A DNA stretch of 64,000 nt from Patescibacteria group bacterium (GCA_041671365.1 JBAZBP010000001.1:389518-453517); one strand, 5' to 3'. Positions 1 to 9,353 are shown, counted from the stretch's first letter. Notes: generated from the letters alone by a model not told the origin. Numbers and translations: made by a program.

Positions 1-1
1 T

Positions 2-586
2 GCGTTTTTTTCCAAGACTTGGCAGGGGTTTTTTTATTGGCCGGCTTTTCATGCTTCGTTTATTATTTTTAGTGTTTTGTTTTTACTAACCGTTAAATTT
101 AATTTCCATTTGCGTTCCAGATTTAAGTTTGATTTAAAATTGGGCGAGAAGAGTTTGTCTTGGCGGAAGACAGTTTTAAGAATTTTTCAGATTTTAATTT
201 CTTTGGCGAGCGATTTTTTTCTGATTATCGGCCGTTTATTTAAGGCGGCGTCTTTATTTATTTATAAAAAAATAAGATTTCTCCCCGGCAAGGTTAAGCT
301 GAAAATTTTGATCATCGGCGCTATTTTAATTTTTGCCTTGCTTAAAGATATCGGCGTTTTAGATTTCATAGTCTTGTTTTATGCTCTTATTTCTGTCTTT
401 TTTATTGTTGAAAGCCGTCTGGCGGCGGCCGTTGCTTTAATCCTATTAGCTTCTTGTCCCTTTTTGTTGATTTTAAAAAAAGATGCTCAGGCCGAGACGG
501 CGGCGGTCTATGCTTATTACTTTTTGGTAATTACTGTTTTTACGCAAATTCGGGAATTGAAGAAAGAAAATCGTTTACAAAAATAA
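2..586 (+). CDS. hypothetical multi-pass membrane protein, 5' end probably outside window
   Basis: Frame is open from the window edge to the stop at 586. The track start at 77 is a TTG. Hydrophobic segments, no recognisable motif. Confidence 0.35.
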   Translation, partial: AFFSKTWQGFFYWPAFHASFIIFSVLFLLTVKFNFHLRSRFKFDLKLGEKSLSWRKTVLRIFQILISLASDFFLIIGRLFKAASLFIYKKIRFLPGKVKLKILIIGAILIFALLKDIGVLDFIVLFYALISVFFIVESRLAAAVALILLASCPFLLILKKDAQAETAAVYAYYFLVITVFTQIRELKKENRLQK

Positions 587-622
587 ATTTTTGTGTTTGT
601 GGATAACTTCGACCATACTTAC

Positions 623-651
623 TTGTTGTTGGCAAGAGTAAGTGTTATAAT
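623..651 (+). promoter_or_regulatory. sigma70-like promoter (TTGTTG-17 nt-TATAAT with TGt extended -10)
   Basis: Hexamers read directly: -35 at 623-628, -10 at 646-651, upstream of the 724 CDS. Confidence 0.4.
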
Positions 652-723
652 TTATTTATAAAGGTCGAATTAAAAATATATAAATAAGAATTAAAATGAT
701 TATAAAAAGTACGTAATTTTATA

Positions 724-2343
724 ATGATTTTCTTTTGTAAAAAAATGAAAAGAATTAAAAGTTTTATTTTTTCGGAAAAGAAATTAGCCGGAGCAATTTT
801 CAGCCTTTTGATTGTAGCTGCTTTTGCTTTTGTTTTTGGTCCGAATATTTACGCGCAATTCGCGCGTCAGGACGGTGGTACTGATTGGGGTTATGGCTAT
901 GGTTATGGCTATGGCTATGGATATGGTTTCGATGGTGGGACTTATGCCGGCTATCGTACAACCGGCGCCGCTTCGTCTACCTATGATTACGGTTATGGCT
1001 ATGGATATATATCATCCGGAGTTACCTATGATGATACCCTTGGTTATAAAGTAACTCCTGCTAATATGGCTGACCTAGTTATGAGCGGTGTGATGACGCC
1101 TAACGGCGCTGACATTGCTTCTACCACAGCGGTAAGCTTTAATAGCAAGATTACAATGACCGTGGCCAGCGGAACTACCGTTACTATTCCTAGCGGTACA
1201 ACTTTCACTGCCGGTTCGAAAGGTGATTTTGGCGAGTTAACGTCTTCAAGTACCGTAACTAATCTGACTAACGCGATCGAGTCAGCCGGGACGATACAAT
1301 TTGGTTTGCCTAACTTAGATTTAACTGTTTCACCGGCGATTACTATCGCGGTGAACGTTGGTTCTGATTATAACGGTCAAACCTTAAAGATTTATCGTCG
1401 AGATGCTGCCGACACCTGGGCTATTACCGATTTAACTTGTACAGTTTCTTCCGGTATTTGTTCCTTTGATACTGACCACTTATCAGATTTTGATATGGGG
1501 CAGACTTATTCCTGGACTTATAATGCCTTTGGAACTTGCACCGCCACTTGCGGCGGCGGTACGCGCTCTAAAACAGAGACGGCTTGTAAGGATTCTGATG
1601 GCGTAACCGTGGCCGACACTTTCTGCGATAGCGGAACAGCTACGGTCACCGAGTCTTGTAATACTCAATCTTGCGGCAGTAGCGGCGGAGGTACTCCTAC
1701 GCAGGCTGTTTGTTCTAGCGTAACTTACGGAGATTATGCGGCCACTTGTTTCGCCGGTTATCAATATCGTAATGTTGACAGTCGGACTCCGGCAAATTGC
1801 TCTTTAACGGCAGCTCAACAGAATGCTACCAGAAAACTTTGCGGTGGCGATGTTATCATAGATGTTACCGGTGACGTGAACGGTACCGGTATAACTTCCG
1901 GAAAGTCTAACAACTCGGCTAATTTTATCGCCTTGGAAAAGAATTTAGTTAAGAAGATTAATAAAGCTTTAGCTAAACGCTTATCCGGCCGTATTTTATT
2001 GCAAGTCGAGGGCCATGGTGAATCTTGGTATGTCAATCCGATTAATGGATTTAAGTATTTCTTGGGCAGTCCGGCCGATGCTTTCGCGCTTATGCGTAAG
2101 ATGGCTTTAGGTGTTAGCAATAAGACCTTTGCGACCTTTAAGAATGGTAAAGCTCCAGCTAAGTTAGCTGGCCGGATCTTATTAAAGGTTGAAGACAAGG
2201 GAATGGCTTACTACGTTAATCCAGTTGATTTGAAGTTATATTATTTAGGCCGTCCGACTGATGCTTTCTCAGTAATGAGAAAATTAGGTCTCGGTATTAA
2301 TAATACAAATTTACGTCAAATTGGTGTTGGTGAAGTTAAGTAA
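724..2343 (+). CDS. secreted surface protein: signal/TM anchor, Gly-Tyr repeats, TSP1-like Cys module, two C-terminal ~55-aa tandem repeats
   Basis: N-terminal hydrophobic segment ending AQ. Contains WGYGYGYGYGYGYGF and YGYGYGY, a CTATCGGGTRSK..C..C..C..C module, and duplicated GRILLxVExxGxxxYVNP...LGxPxDAFxxMRKxxLG. Confidence 0.75.
   Translation: MIFFCKKMKRIKSFIFSEKKLAGAIFSLLIVAAFAFVFGPNIYAQFARQDGGTDWGYGYGYGYGYGYGFDGGTYAGYRTTGAASSTYDYGYGYGYISSGVTYDDTLGYKVTPANMADLVMSGVMTPNGADIASTTAVSFNSKITMTVASGTTVTIPSGTTFTAGSKGDFGELTSSSTVTNLTNAIESAGTIQFGLPNLDLTVSPAITIAVNVGSDYNGQTLKIYRRDAADTWAITDLTCTVSSGICSFDTDHLSDFDMGQTYSWTYNAFGTCTATCGGGTRSKTETACKDSDGVTVADTFCDSGTATVTESCNTQSCGSSGGGTPTQAVCSSVTYGDYAATCFAGYQYRNVDSRTPANCSLTAAQQNATRKLCGGDVIIDVTGDVNGTGITSGKSNNSANFIALEKNLVKKINKALAKRLSGRILLQVEGHGESWYVNPINGFKYFLGSPADAFALMRKMALGVSNKTFATFKNGKAPAKLAGRILLKVEDKGMAYYVNPVDLKLYYLGRPTDAFSVMRKLGLGINNTNLRQIGVGEVK
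889..930 (+). repeat. in-frame hexanucleotide tandem repeat (ggY tat)x6 plus ggt ttc, encoding (GY)6GF
   Basis: Read directly. A second shorter copy lies near 990-1011. Confidence 0.9.
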
Positions 2344-2367
2344 TTGAATTAATACTATCGATAAAAA

Positions 2368-2396
2368 AGAACCTGTTTGACGCAGGTTCTTTTTTT
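2368..2396 (+). terminator. rho-independent terminator
   Basis: AGAACCTG / CAGGTTCT stem followed by a T7 run, directly after the stop at 2343. Confidence 0.7.
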
Positions 2397-2480
2397 AATG
2401 CCATTATTGATAAAATTATTGCTCTGTGCTATATTTTTTTATTACCTTAACAATCATTTAATTTATAGGAGTCATTAATT

Positions 2481-3296
2481 ATGGGAATGCCAAAAGATTT
2501 ATATCTAGTTAGACACGGAGAGTCTGAAGGGAATCTGGTTAGAAAGCAATTTGAAGAAACAGGAGAAGAGTCGTTTTTTTCTGATGAGTTTCTTGGTTTA
2601 CACGAGTCGCAGTACAAACTAACTCCGCAGGGAATGAAGCAGGCGGAAAAGGCCGGAAAGTGGTTTCACTTGAAAAAAATAACGGCTTTTGATCGAATGT
2701 TAGTTTCTAATAACGTTAGAGCAATGCAGACCGCGGCCGAGTTAGAGCTGCCACAAGCCAGTTGGATGATGGACTTTAATCTGCGAGAAAGAGACGGTGG
2801 TTTGTTTAATGTCATTAAGCCAACTCGGCGGGATTCTCAGTATTTAGATCAACAGAAATTTTATGACACGCAGCCTTTCTTGTTTCGTCCACCTCAGGGT
2901 GAAAGTATTGCGGATGTTTGTCAAAGAATTAAAGTCGTTCTCGATACCTTAGCCAGAGAATGCGACGGGCAGAAAGTTATTATCGTTTGTCATGGTCATG
3001 TAATGCGTACTTTCCGGATAATCCTGGAGAGAATGTCACTTAAAAAGGCCAATGAATATTTGACCACCAAGGAAGAATGGGGAAGAGTACCAAATTGTGC
3101 GATCATTCACTTCACGCGAAAAAACCCCCTTGATTCTGATCAGGACACACCTTCTAACACTAATCCGCAATTAGCCGATTACTTTAATTGGGTGCGAATG
3201 ATTCGGCCGGCCGGTGGCGGAAATTTAGAAGATGACTTTTCGGTGATTCAAAGGAAGAAATTTTCTAACGAGGAACTACTCTTAGAAACAGCCTAA
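2481..3296 (+). CDS. histidine phosphatase family protein (phosphoglycerate-mutase-like)
   Basis: N-terminal LVRHGESEGN (RHG motif) and a later CHGH motif. Preceded by TAGGAG, one of the few SD sites in the window. Confidence 0.8.
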   Translation: MGMPKDLYLVRHGESEGNLVRKQFEETGEESFFSDEFLGLHESQYKLTPQGMKQAEKAGKWFHLKKITAFDRMLVSNNVRAMQTAAELELPQASWMMDFNLRERDGGLFNVIKPTRRDSQYLDQQKFYDTQPFLFRPPQGESIADVCQRIKVVLDTLARECDGQKVIIVCHGHVMRTFRIILERMSLKKANEYLTTKEEWGRVPNCAIIHFTRKNPLDSDQDTPSNTNPQLADYFNWVRMIRPAGGGNLEDDFSVIQRKKFSNEELLLETA

Positions 3297-3321
3297 TGCA
3301 ATGTTTTGCATAATTTTTTAA

Positions 3322-3352
3322 GGTCTCAGGCTAATAACTTGAGACTTTTTTA
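3322..3352 (+). terminator. rho-independent terminator
   Basis: GTCTCA / TGAGAC stem plus T6. Confidence 0.6.
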
Positions 3353-3418
3353 TTTTTATCATCTTTTCCTAATCCCAATTGCTTTATTAATTTTTTAGAA
3401 AATATTTAAATTTTTTTA

Positions 3419-3453
3419 ATCTCCCTTTTGTTATAGTGAAGGGAGATTTTTTT
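3419..3453 (+). terminator. second terminator-like hairpin in tandem
   Basis: ATCTCCCTT / AAGGGAGAT 9-bp stem, 11-nt loop, T7 run. Confidence 0.5.
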
Positions 3454-3473
3454 AAATTGACAACATATCGTAT

Positions 3474-3848
3474 ATGATATATAGTGAAGAATATAAAATA
3501 AAATTTTATAGAAACAGTCGAACGGGCGAAGAACCGGTTTTAGACTACTTAAAACAGCTTGATCTGAAAGACAGGCAGAAGATAAACAAATATATAGACT
3601 TTTTACGTGACAGCTATGGTTATCTTGATGAGCCGTACAGTCGGCATATCACCGGTAAAATAAGGGAGCTAAGGGTTGATTTCTCTAATAAACGGCATCG
3701 CATTCTATACTTCTCCTTCTTTGGCAAAACGATAGTGCTATTAAGTGCTTTTCTGAAAAATACTGGGAAGACGCCCGGCCGAGAGATATATCTAGCCGAA
3801 AAAAGGTATAATGATTTTATAAATAACTATAAATTATATGAAAACTAA
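3474..3848 (+). CDS. type II toxin, Gp49/HigB-like (RelE/ParE superfamily)
   Basis: Pattern GKIRELRVDFSNKRHRILYFSFFGKTIVLLSAFLKNTGKTP is typical of the phage Gp49-like family. Overlaps the downstream HTH gene by 11 nt. Confidence 0.7.
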   Translation: MIYSEEYKIKFYRNSRTGEEPVLDYLKQLDLKDRQKINKYIDFLRDSYGYLDEPYSRHITGKIRELRVDFSNKRHRILYFSFFGKTIVLLSAFLKNTGKTPGREIYLAEKRYNDFINNYKLYEN

Positions 3849-4149
3849 TAAAAGAGAAAATAAAAATTTTAAAGCGACCGACTTTGATGAATATTTAGCC
3901 AAAGAATTAAAAAATAAGGAGGCTAAAAAATTATTTGACGAATACGGTCGTCAATTAGAAATTTCTTATCGTATTCTGCAATTGCGCAAACGCAAAAAGA
4001 TGAGTCAATTAGTTTTAGCCAAAAAAGTTGGCACGACCCAAAGTAATATTGCTCGACTAGAAAGCGGGCAGCAGAACTTTACTATACGCTTTTTAGATAA
4101 GGTGGCCGCCGCTCTTGACGCCAATTTAGAGATAAATTTTAATTATTAA
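3838..4149 (+). CDS. XRE-family HTH antitoxin (HigA-like)
   Basis: MSQLVLAKKVGTTQSNIARLESGQQNFTIRFL helix-turn-helix. Gene pair with overlapping ends. Confidence 0.75.
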   Translation: MKTNKRENKNFKATDFDEYLAKELKNKEAKKLFDEYGRQLEISYRILQLRKRKKMSQLVLAKKVGTTQSNIARLESGQQNFTIRFLDKVAAALDANLEINFNY

Positions 4150-4248
4150 TAATTATCGTCTCCAGTTGCTTTTTGCCCGTAAACACGATACAATTGTATA
4201 GTCAATAATTATTACATTTTTTGATTATTTTTAATTGCTAATTTATTT

Positions 4249-5976
4249 ATGGTTAGCCCTAATTTAAATAAACATCTCGAAAGCCAGCAACCGGTGGAAA
4301 TTAACGAGAACGCTAAAATATTGTTTCAAACTATTTACGGCGAGAAGAATCAAACCGAGGAATCGAATGATGATACTCCGCGTATTAAAGTTTCAACGCT
4401 TATTTCTCGTTTGGCCTTTTTTTATGAAAAAATTAGGAACGCCGTCGATTACGACGAAGACCATTTGCTGCGTAAAAATGCCATTGCTCGTATTTTGCGC
4501 CGGCAGATTTTAATTGAAGGAGTGGTCAAAGAGGCGGATAGTCTAAAAATTTCCGAGCATCTTTTAATTGAACTTATCCGCGGCAGCTATTTGCCCAATA
4601 ACCAGATTCCGGAAACTAAGATTAAAGAAGTGGCTGTCATGTTGGAAAAATATATTAATCTGAAAAATCAGATTTCGGCGAGAATTAATGCCGACTTGAC
4701 GCTAAAAGTCGATATTGATAAAGCTAAAGATTTAGTCAACCAGAAAAACAACTTAATTCATTGGCTTTTGTCTTTAGTGGCTTGCGAGATTGAGGAAAAT
4801 TTAGCGCCGAATCCAGTTAAGCAAGTTATCGTTAATAATCTTTTCGATGTCTTGTCTAAAAATATTAAACTTCCGGCCGATTTGCCCTATGAGGCTGATT
4901 TAGGAATTCAGATTTATCTAAGTATCAGCCGTAATTATTTAAAATTTGACGAAGACATGCTAAGCTTTGTGCTCTTTAAATATTATAACGACGACTGGTT
5001 GGATTTTAATCTGCATGAAGTTTTAACGGCGGATGATTTAAAGAAAATTAAAATTATCGCGCAGAATTTTAGTGAATTAAAGAGCGAGATTAATAAACAG
5101 CTTCATCACCCTTTAACCCGACAGTTAGACAAGATCGTTCGAACCTATTCTCTTTATGCTTCTATTTTAGTTGAAACCGTAGAAAGCGATCCGGCTAAAG
5201 TTTATAATGAACTGCAGAAAGGCGAGAAGAATTTTATCGCCCTGGTTCGCAAGGTTTGTGCGCAAAAATATCATAAAGCGAAAAAACGTCTATGGCGGGT
5301 AGCTTTACGAAGTATTATTTATATTTTTTTAACCAAATCAATTTTTGTTTTTATAATTGAAGTGCCGGCCATTAAATTTTTTAACGAGCCTCTAAACGTT
5401 ATGGCTTTGGCTATTAACGTGGCTTTTCCGGCCATTCTTTTGTTTATTATTGTTTTTCTGACCCGTTTGCCCGGTGAAAATAATACCGCTAAAATTGTGA
5501 ACGGCATCAAGGAAATGACTTTTGCCGGCAGCGAAAGAAAACAGGCGATAGTGCTGCGCCGGCCGACCAGCCGCAATTGGCTCAAAGACGGGCTATATAA
5601 AATAATTTATGCGGCCGCTTTCTTAACGTCGATTTATTATATTATTTTAGCTTTAACCAAGATTAATTTTAATTGGGTCAGTATTACTATTTTTCTTTTC
5701 TTTTTGGCTTTTGTCAGTTTTTTCAGCGTCCGAACGACCGTCGGCATTAAGGAATTAATCGTGGTCGAACGCAAAGAAAATATCATAACTTTTTTACTGG
5801 ATTTATTTTACATGCCGATTATTCTGGCGGGGCGCTGGTTATCCAGTAATTTTTCCAAGATTAATATATTTATTTTCTTTTTTGATTTTATCATTGAGAC
5901 GCCGTTTAAGGTTTTGATGGAAATTGCCGATGATTGGACAAAATACGTCCGCGAACGGCGGGAAAATATTGAATAA
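4249..5976 (+). CDS. hypothetical membrane protein (soluble N-terminal half, several C-terminal TM helices)
   Basis: Long ORF with a clean operon junction to rsmI (2-nt gap). No motif recognised. Confidence 0.6.
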   Translation: MVSPNLNKHLESQQPVEINENAKILFQTIYGEKNQTEESNDDTPRIKVSTLISRLAFFYEKIRNAVDYDEDHLLRKNAIARILRRQILIEGVVKEADSLKISEHLLIELIRGSYLPNNQIPETKIKEVAVMLEKYINLKNQISARINADLTLKVDIDKAKDLVNQKNNLIHWLLSLVACEIEENLAPNPVKQVIVNNLFDVLSKNIKLPADLPYEADLGIQIYLSISRNYLKFDEDMLSFVLFKYYNDDWLDFNLHEVLTADDLKKIKIIAQNFSELKSEINKQLHHPLTRQLDKIVRTYSLYASILVETVESDPAKVYNELQKGEKNFIALVRKVCAQKYHKAKKRLWRVALRSIIYIFLTKSIFVFIIEVPAIKFFNEPLNVMALAINVAFPAILLFIIVFLTRLPGENNTAKIVNGIKEMTFAGSERKQAIVLRRPTSRNWLKDGLYKIIYAAAFLTSIYYIILALTKINFNWVSITIFLFFLAFVSFFSVRTTVGIKELIVVERKENIITFLLDLFYMPIILAGRWLSSNFSKINIFIFFFDFIIETPFKVLMEIADDWTKYVRERRENIE

Positions 5977-5978
5977 AT

Positions 5979-6677
5979 ATGAGTATTTTAAGAGTCGTGG
6001 CTACGCCAATCGGTAATTTAGAAGATATAACGCTGCGCGCTCTGCGAGTTTTAAAAGAGGCCGATGCGGTTTTATGCGAGGATACGCGGGTAACTCGGAA
6101 TTTATTGGCTCATTATCAAATTAGCACTCCGACTATTTCTTATCATCAGCATTCCGGCGATTTGAAAGTTGATAAGATTATGGCGCTCCTGCGGGAAAAT
6201 AAAAATTTAGCGCTCGTGACCGATGCCGGTACGCCGGGAATATCGGATCCGGGCGCCAAGCTAGTTTCTTTAGTGCGGGCGGAATTAGGCGATCAGGTGC
6301 TGATTGAAAGCGTTCCCGGAGTTTCGGCTCTCGCCACTGCCATTTCTATCGCCGGGGCCGGCTTTGACCGTTTTTTATTTTTAGGATTTTTACCGCACAA
6401 GAAGGGAAGGCAGACCATGTTAAAAGAAATTTTTAATAGCGAGTATCCGGCCATAGTTTATGAATCTAAACATCGGATTATAAAATTATTAGAGGAACTG
6501 GAGAAAATGAGCGGGGAAGTCGCGGCGCCACTAGAAGTTCGAGTCGCTCGGGAACTGACTAAATTACACGAAAGTTTCTATGGCGGCCGGCCGAAAGAAA
6601 TTTTAGACGAATTGCAGAAAAACCCTAATAATTTAAAAGGAGAATTTGTCGTTTTAATTCAAAAATTGAAAAATTAA
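5979..6677 (+). CDS. rsmI: 16S rRNA (cytidine1402-2'-O)-methyltransferase
   Basis: LRVVATPIGNLEDITLRALRVLKEADAVLCEDTRVT, the hallmark of the tetrapyrrole-methylase-fold RsmI family. Confidence 0.85.
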   Translation: MSILRVVATPIGNLEDITLRALRVLKEADAVLCEDTRVTRNLLAHYQISTPTISYHQHSGDLKVDKIMALLRENKNLALVTDAGTPGISDPGAKLVSLVRAELGDQVLIESVPGVSALATAISIAGAGFDRFLFLGFLPHKKGRQTMLKEIFNSEYPAIVYESKHRIIKLLEELEKMSGEVAAPLEVRVARELTKLHESFYGGRPKEILDELQKNPNNLKGEFVVLIQKLKN

Positions 6678-6707
6678 TCGATGTCCGATTTATTTTATTG
6701 TTAATCT

Positions 6708-8162
6708 ATGTTTGAAAAAATAAAAAATTTTTATATCACTACGACTTTGCCTTATATTAACTCCGAACCGCATATTGGTTTTGCGGCGGAAATTATTAAG
6801 GCCGATGTTATTGCCCGGTATCAGCGCCAAAGAGGCGCCACCGTTTTTTTTAATACCGGCACAGATGAACATGGTTTAAAAATTTATCAAAAAGCGCAGG
6901 AATTAGAAGTAGATATTCAGGAATTTTGCGATGAATATTCGGCTAAATTTTTGCCTTTAAAAGAAAAATTAAATTTATCTTATAATAAATTTATTCGGAC
7001 GACCGACCCCGCTCACGAAGCGGCCGCCCAGGAATTTTGGCGCCGATGCGCGGCCAATGGCGATATTTATAAAAAATCTTACAAGGTTAAATACTGCGTC
7101 GGCTGCGAACTGGAAAAAACCGATTCGGAATTAACTAACGGTCGTTGCCCCTTGCATCCTAATCGCGATCTGGAAATTATCGAAGAAGAAAATTATTTTT
7201 TTCGTTTTTCTAAATATCAGGCGCCGCTCTTAAAACTTTATGCGTCTAAATCCGATTTTGTTTTACCGGCCGGCCGTCTTAAAGAAATAATTTCTTTTGT
7301 GGAGTCCGGTTTGCAGGATTTCAGTATTTCCCGCTTGCGCTCGAAAATGCCGCATGGTATTGCTGTCCCCGGCGACGATAGCCAGGTAATGTATGTTTGG
7401 TTTGATGCCCTGGTTAATTATATTTCTACTTTAGGCTGGCCGAATAATTTTGATAAATCCGGTAACTATGAAAAATATTGGCCCGGCCTGCAGGTTTGTG
7501 GCAAGGATAATTTACGGCCGCAGGCGGCCATGTGGCAAGCGATGTTGCTGTCGACTAATTTACCTAATTCTAGCCAAGTTTTGGTTTTTGGATTTTTAAC
7601 CGCTAACGGTAAAAAAATCAGTAAAAGTTTAGGCAATGGGGTTGATCCCTATGAATTAGCCGATAAATACGGCGCCGATGCCTTGCGTTATTATCTTTTG
7701 GCGGAAATTCCGCCTTATGACGATGGTGACTACTCGGAAGATAAATTCCGCGAACGTTATAACGCCGACCTCGCTAATGGTCTGGGTAACATGGTTGCTC
7801 GGGTCGCTAATTTATTGGAAAAAAATGAGATTAAAACTAATTTAAAAGTCAATTTGCTAGATCAGGGAATTAAATCGCTTGTAGAAAATTTAGAAATTAA
7901 AATGAAGGATTATCATTTTAATGAAGCTTTGCAAATTATTTGGGAAAAAATAAAAGCGACTGACGAAACTTTAAGCCGCACCGCGCCCTGGAAAATGAAA
8001 GACGCTAAAGAAATTGAACAAGTTCTAAGACCGATTGCGGCTGATATTTTGAATTTAGCTTATTTATTGGAACCGTTCTTACCCGCTAGCTCTGAAAAAA
8101 TTCAAAAGCAATTCAGTCAGCCACAGATTAAAAAAGGGGAATCCTTATTTCCGCGGCTGTAA
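6708..8162 (+). CDS. metG: methionyl-tRNA synthetase (short form, no C-terminal tRNA-binding domain)
   Basis: PYINSEPHIGF (HIGH-type), Cys knuckle CVGCE...CPLH, KISKSLGN (KMSKS). Confidence 0.9.
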   Translation: MFEKIKNFYITTTLPYINSEPHIGFAAEIIKADVIARYQRQRGATVFFNTGTDEHGLKIYQKAQELEVDIQEFCDEYSAKFLPLKEKLNLSYNKFIRTTDPAHEAAAQEFWRRCAANGDIYKKSYKVKYCVGCELEKTDSELTNGRCPLHPNRDLEIIEEENYFFRFSKYQAPLLKLYASKSDFVLPAGRLKEIISFVESGLQDFSISRLRSKMPHGIAVPGDDSQVMYVWFDALVNYISTLGWPNNFDKSGNYEKYWPGLQVCGKDNLRPQAAMWQAMLLSTNLPNSSQVLVFGFLTANGKKISKSLGNGVDPYELADKYGADALRYYLLAEIPPYDDGDYSEDKFRERYNADLANGLGNMVARVANLLEKNEIKTNLKVNLLDQGIKSLVENLEIKMKDYHFNEALQIIWEKIKATDETLSRTAPWKMKDAKEIEQVLRPIAADILNLAYLLEPFLPASSEKIQKQFSQPQIKKGESLFPRL

Positions 8163-8190
8163 TTTTTATGAGTATATAATTTAAAAATAT

Positions 8191-8724
8191 ATGTCAATTT
8201 TCGATCTTAGTTTGCTAATTGTCTTGGGCGGTTTTGTTCTGAACGGTTTGTCCAAGGGTATAATTAGATTGGTGGGCAATGTGGTCGGTTTAGTTTTAGG
8301 AGCTTATATCGCTTCACATTATTATTTAAATTTTTTTGACTGGTTTAAAAACTGGGGCTGGATTCAGACCTGGGTAACGGCTCACGGCAGTTGGTCAAAA
8401 ATTATCGCTTTTATTGTACTGTTTGTCCTCGCCACGCGTTTGATCGGCCTATTTTTTACAGTCATTGAAAAAATCTTTAAATTTGTGGCGATTATCCCGG
8501 GTAGTAAATATCTAAACAATCTTCTGGGCGCCATCTTGGGATTACTGGAAGGATCTTTATTTTTAGGTTTGATCATTTATGTTATCTCCCGCTACACGCT
8601 TATCACTAATTTTTTCGGAGAACAGCTGATTAATTCGACCGTCGCTCCTTTTTTATTGAAGATAGTCAATATCGTTTTGCCACTTTTGCCGTCGGCCTTA
8701 ACGACGCTCAAATCAATTATTTAA
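8191..8724 (+). CDS. CvpA-family membrane protein
   Basis: About 4 TM helices and an N-terminal DLxLLxVLGGFxxxGxxKG pattern typical of CvpA. Confidence 0.6.
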   Translation: MSIFDLSLLIVLGGFVLNGLSKGIIRLVGNVVGLVLGAYIASHYYLNFFDWFKNWGWIQTWVTAHGSWSKIIAFIVLFVLATRLIGLFFTVIEKIFKFVAIIPGSKYLNNLLGAILGLLEGSLFLGLIIYVISRYTLITNFFGEQLINSTVAPFLLKIVNIVLPLLPSALTTLKSII

Positions 8725-8744
8725 TTTTTTAGTTTTATCATTTC

Positions 8745-9353
8745 ATGACTCATTTACGCGTTACCCCCGCAGATCTTAAACCGGCGATTATTAATTTAGT
8801 GGCCGGTTCTTTAAAGATCGGTCAAGTATTAGTTTTGCCGACAGATACGATTTACGGTTTAAGCTGTTTGGCGGATAACGCCTCGGCTATTAAACGAATT
8901 TTTCAATTAAAAAGGCGCGATCCTAAAAAACCTTTAATTGTTTTAGCCGGCAGTTTAGCGCTGCTCAAAAAATATGTTTTTATTTCTAAATCCCAAGCGT
9001 TAGTTTTAAAACGAGTTTGGTCCGAAGGGTCCCGGCCAACAACCGTCATTCTCCGTCATCGCGGTCGTTTACCGCGGGAACTGACCGGTAATTCCGATGG
9101 TTTGGCGGTTCGTTTGCCTAAAAGTAAATTTTTGATTAAAATATTAAAGAAAGTAGGGAAGCCCTTGGTTTCCACTAGTTTGAATTTAAGCGGTCAGGCC
9201 AATATTCCTGATTTAAAATCTCTCCTCCATTATTTTCCTAATAAACAGCAACGTCCGGATCTCGTCGTTGATTTTGGCAAATGCCGCGGACTTCGCCCCT
9301 CGCGCTTAATTGACCTGCGTAATCCCCTGAAACCCGTCGTGTTAAGAAAATGA
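8745..9353 (+). CDS. tsaC: L-threonylcarbamoyladenylate synthase (YrdC/Sua5-domain)
   Basis: LPTDTIYGLSC, LKRRDPKKPLIVL, VRLP, STSLNLSG motifs. Ends with TGA. Confidence 0.8.
   Translation: MTHLRVTPADLKPAIINLVAGSLKIGQVLVLPTDTIYGLSCLADNASAIKRIFQLKRRDPKKPLIVLAGSLALLKKYVFISKSQALVLKRVWSEGSRPTTVILRHRGRLPRELTGNSDGLAVRLPKSKFLIKILKKVGKPLVSTSLNLSGQANIPDLKSLLHYFPNKQQRPDLVVDFGKCRGLRPSRLIDLRNPLKPVVLRK

Noticed and set aside
889-930. Short tandem repeats as a possible CRISPR array or VNTR locus
   Set aside because: The period is 6 nt, in-frame within a CDS, and encodes GY dipeptides. There is no spacer structure. No CRISPR-like repeat-spacer array was seen anywhere in the window.
824-2198. Track ORFs 824..1054 (+), 1483..1764 (-) and 1815..2198 (-) inside the 724..2343 gene
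   Set aside because: They lie wholly within, and out of frame with or antisense to, a much longer CDS with clear domain structure. Their sequences are low-complexity shadows, for example MAMVMAMAM from the GY repeat read in another frame.
6690-6872. 60-aa minus-strand ORF overlapping the metG start
   Set aside because: Antisense to the HIGH-motif region of metG, so a shadow ORF.
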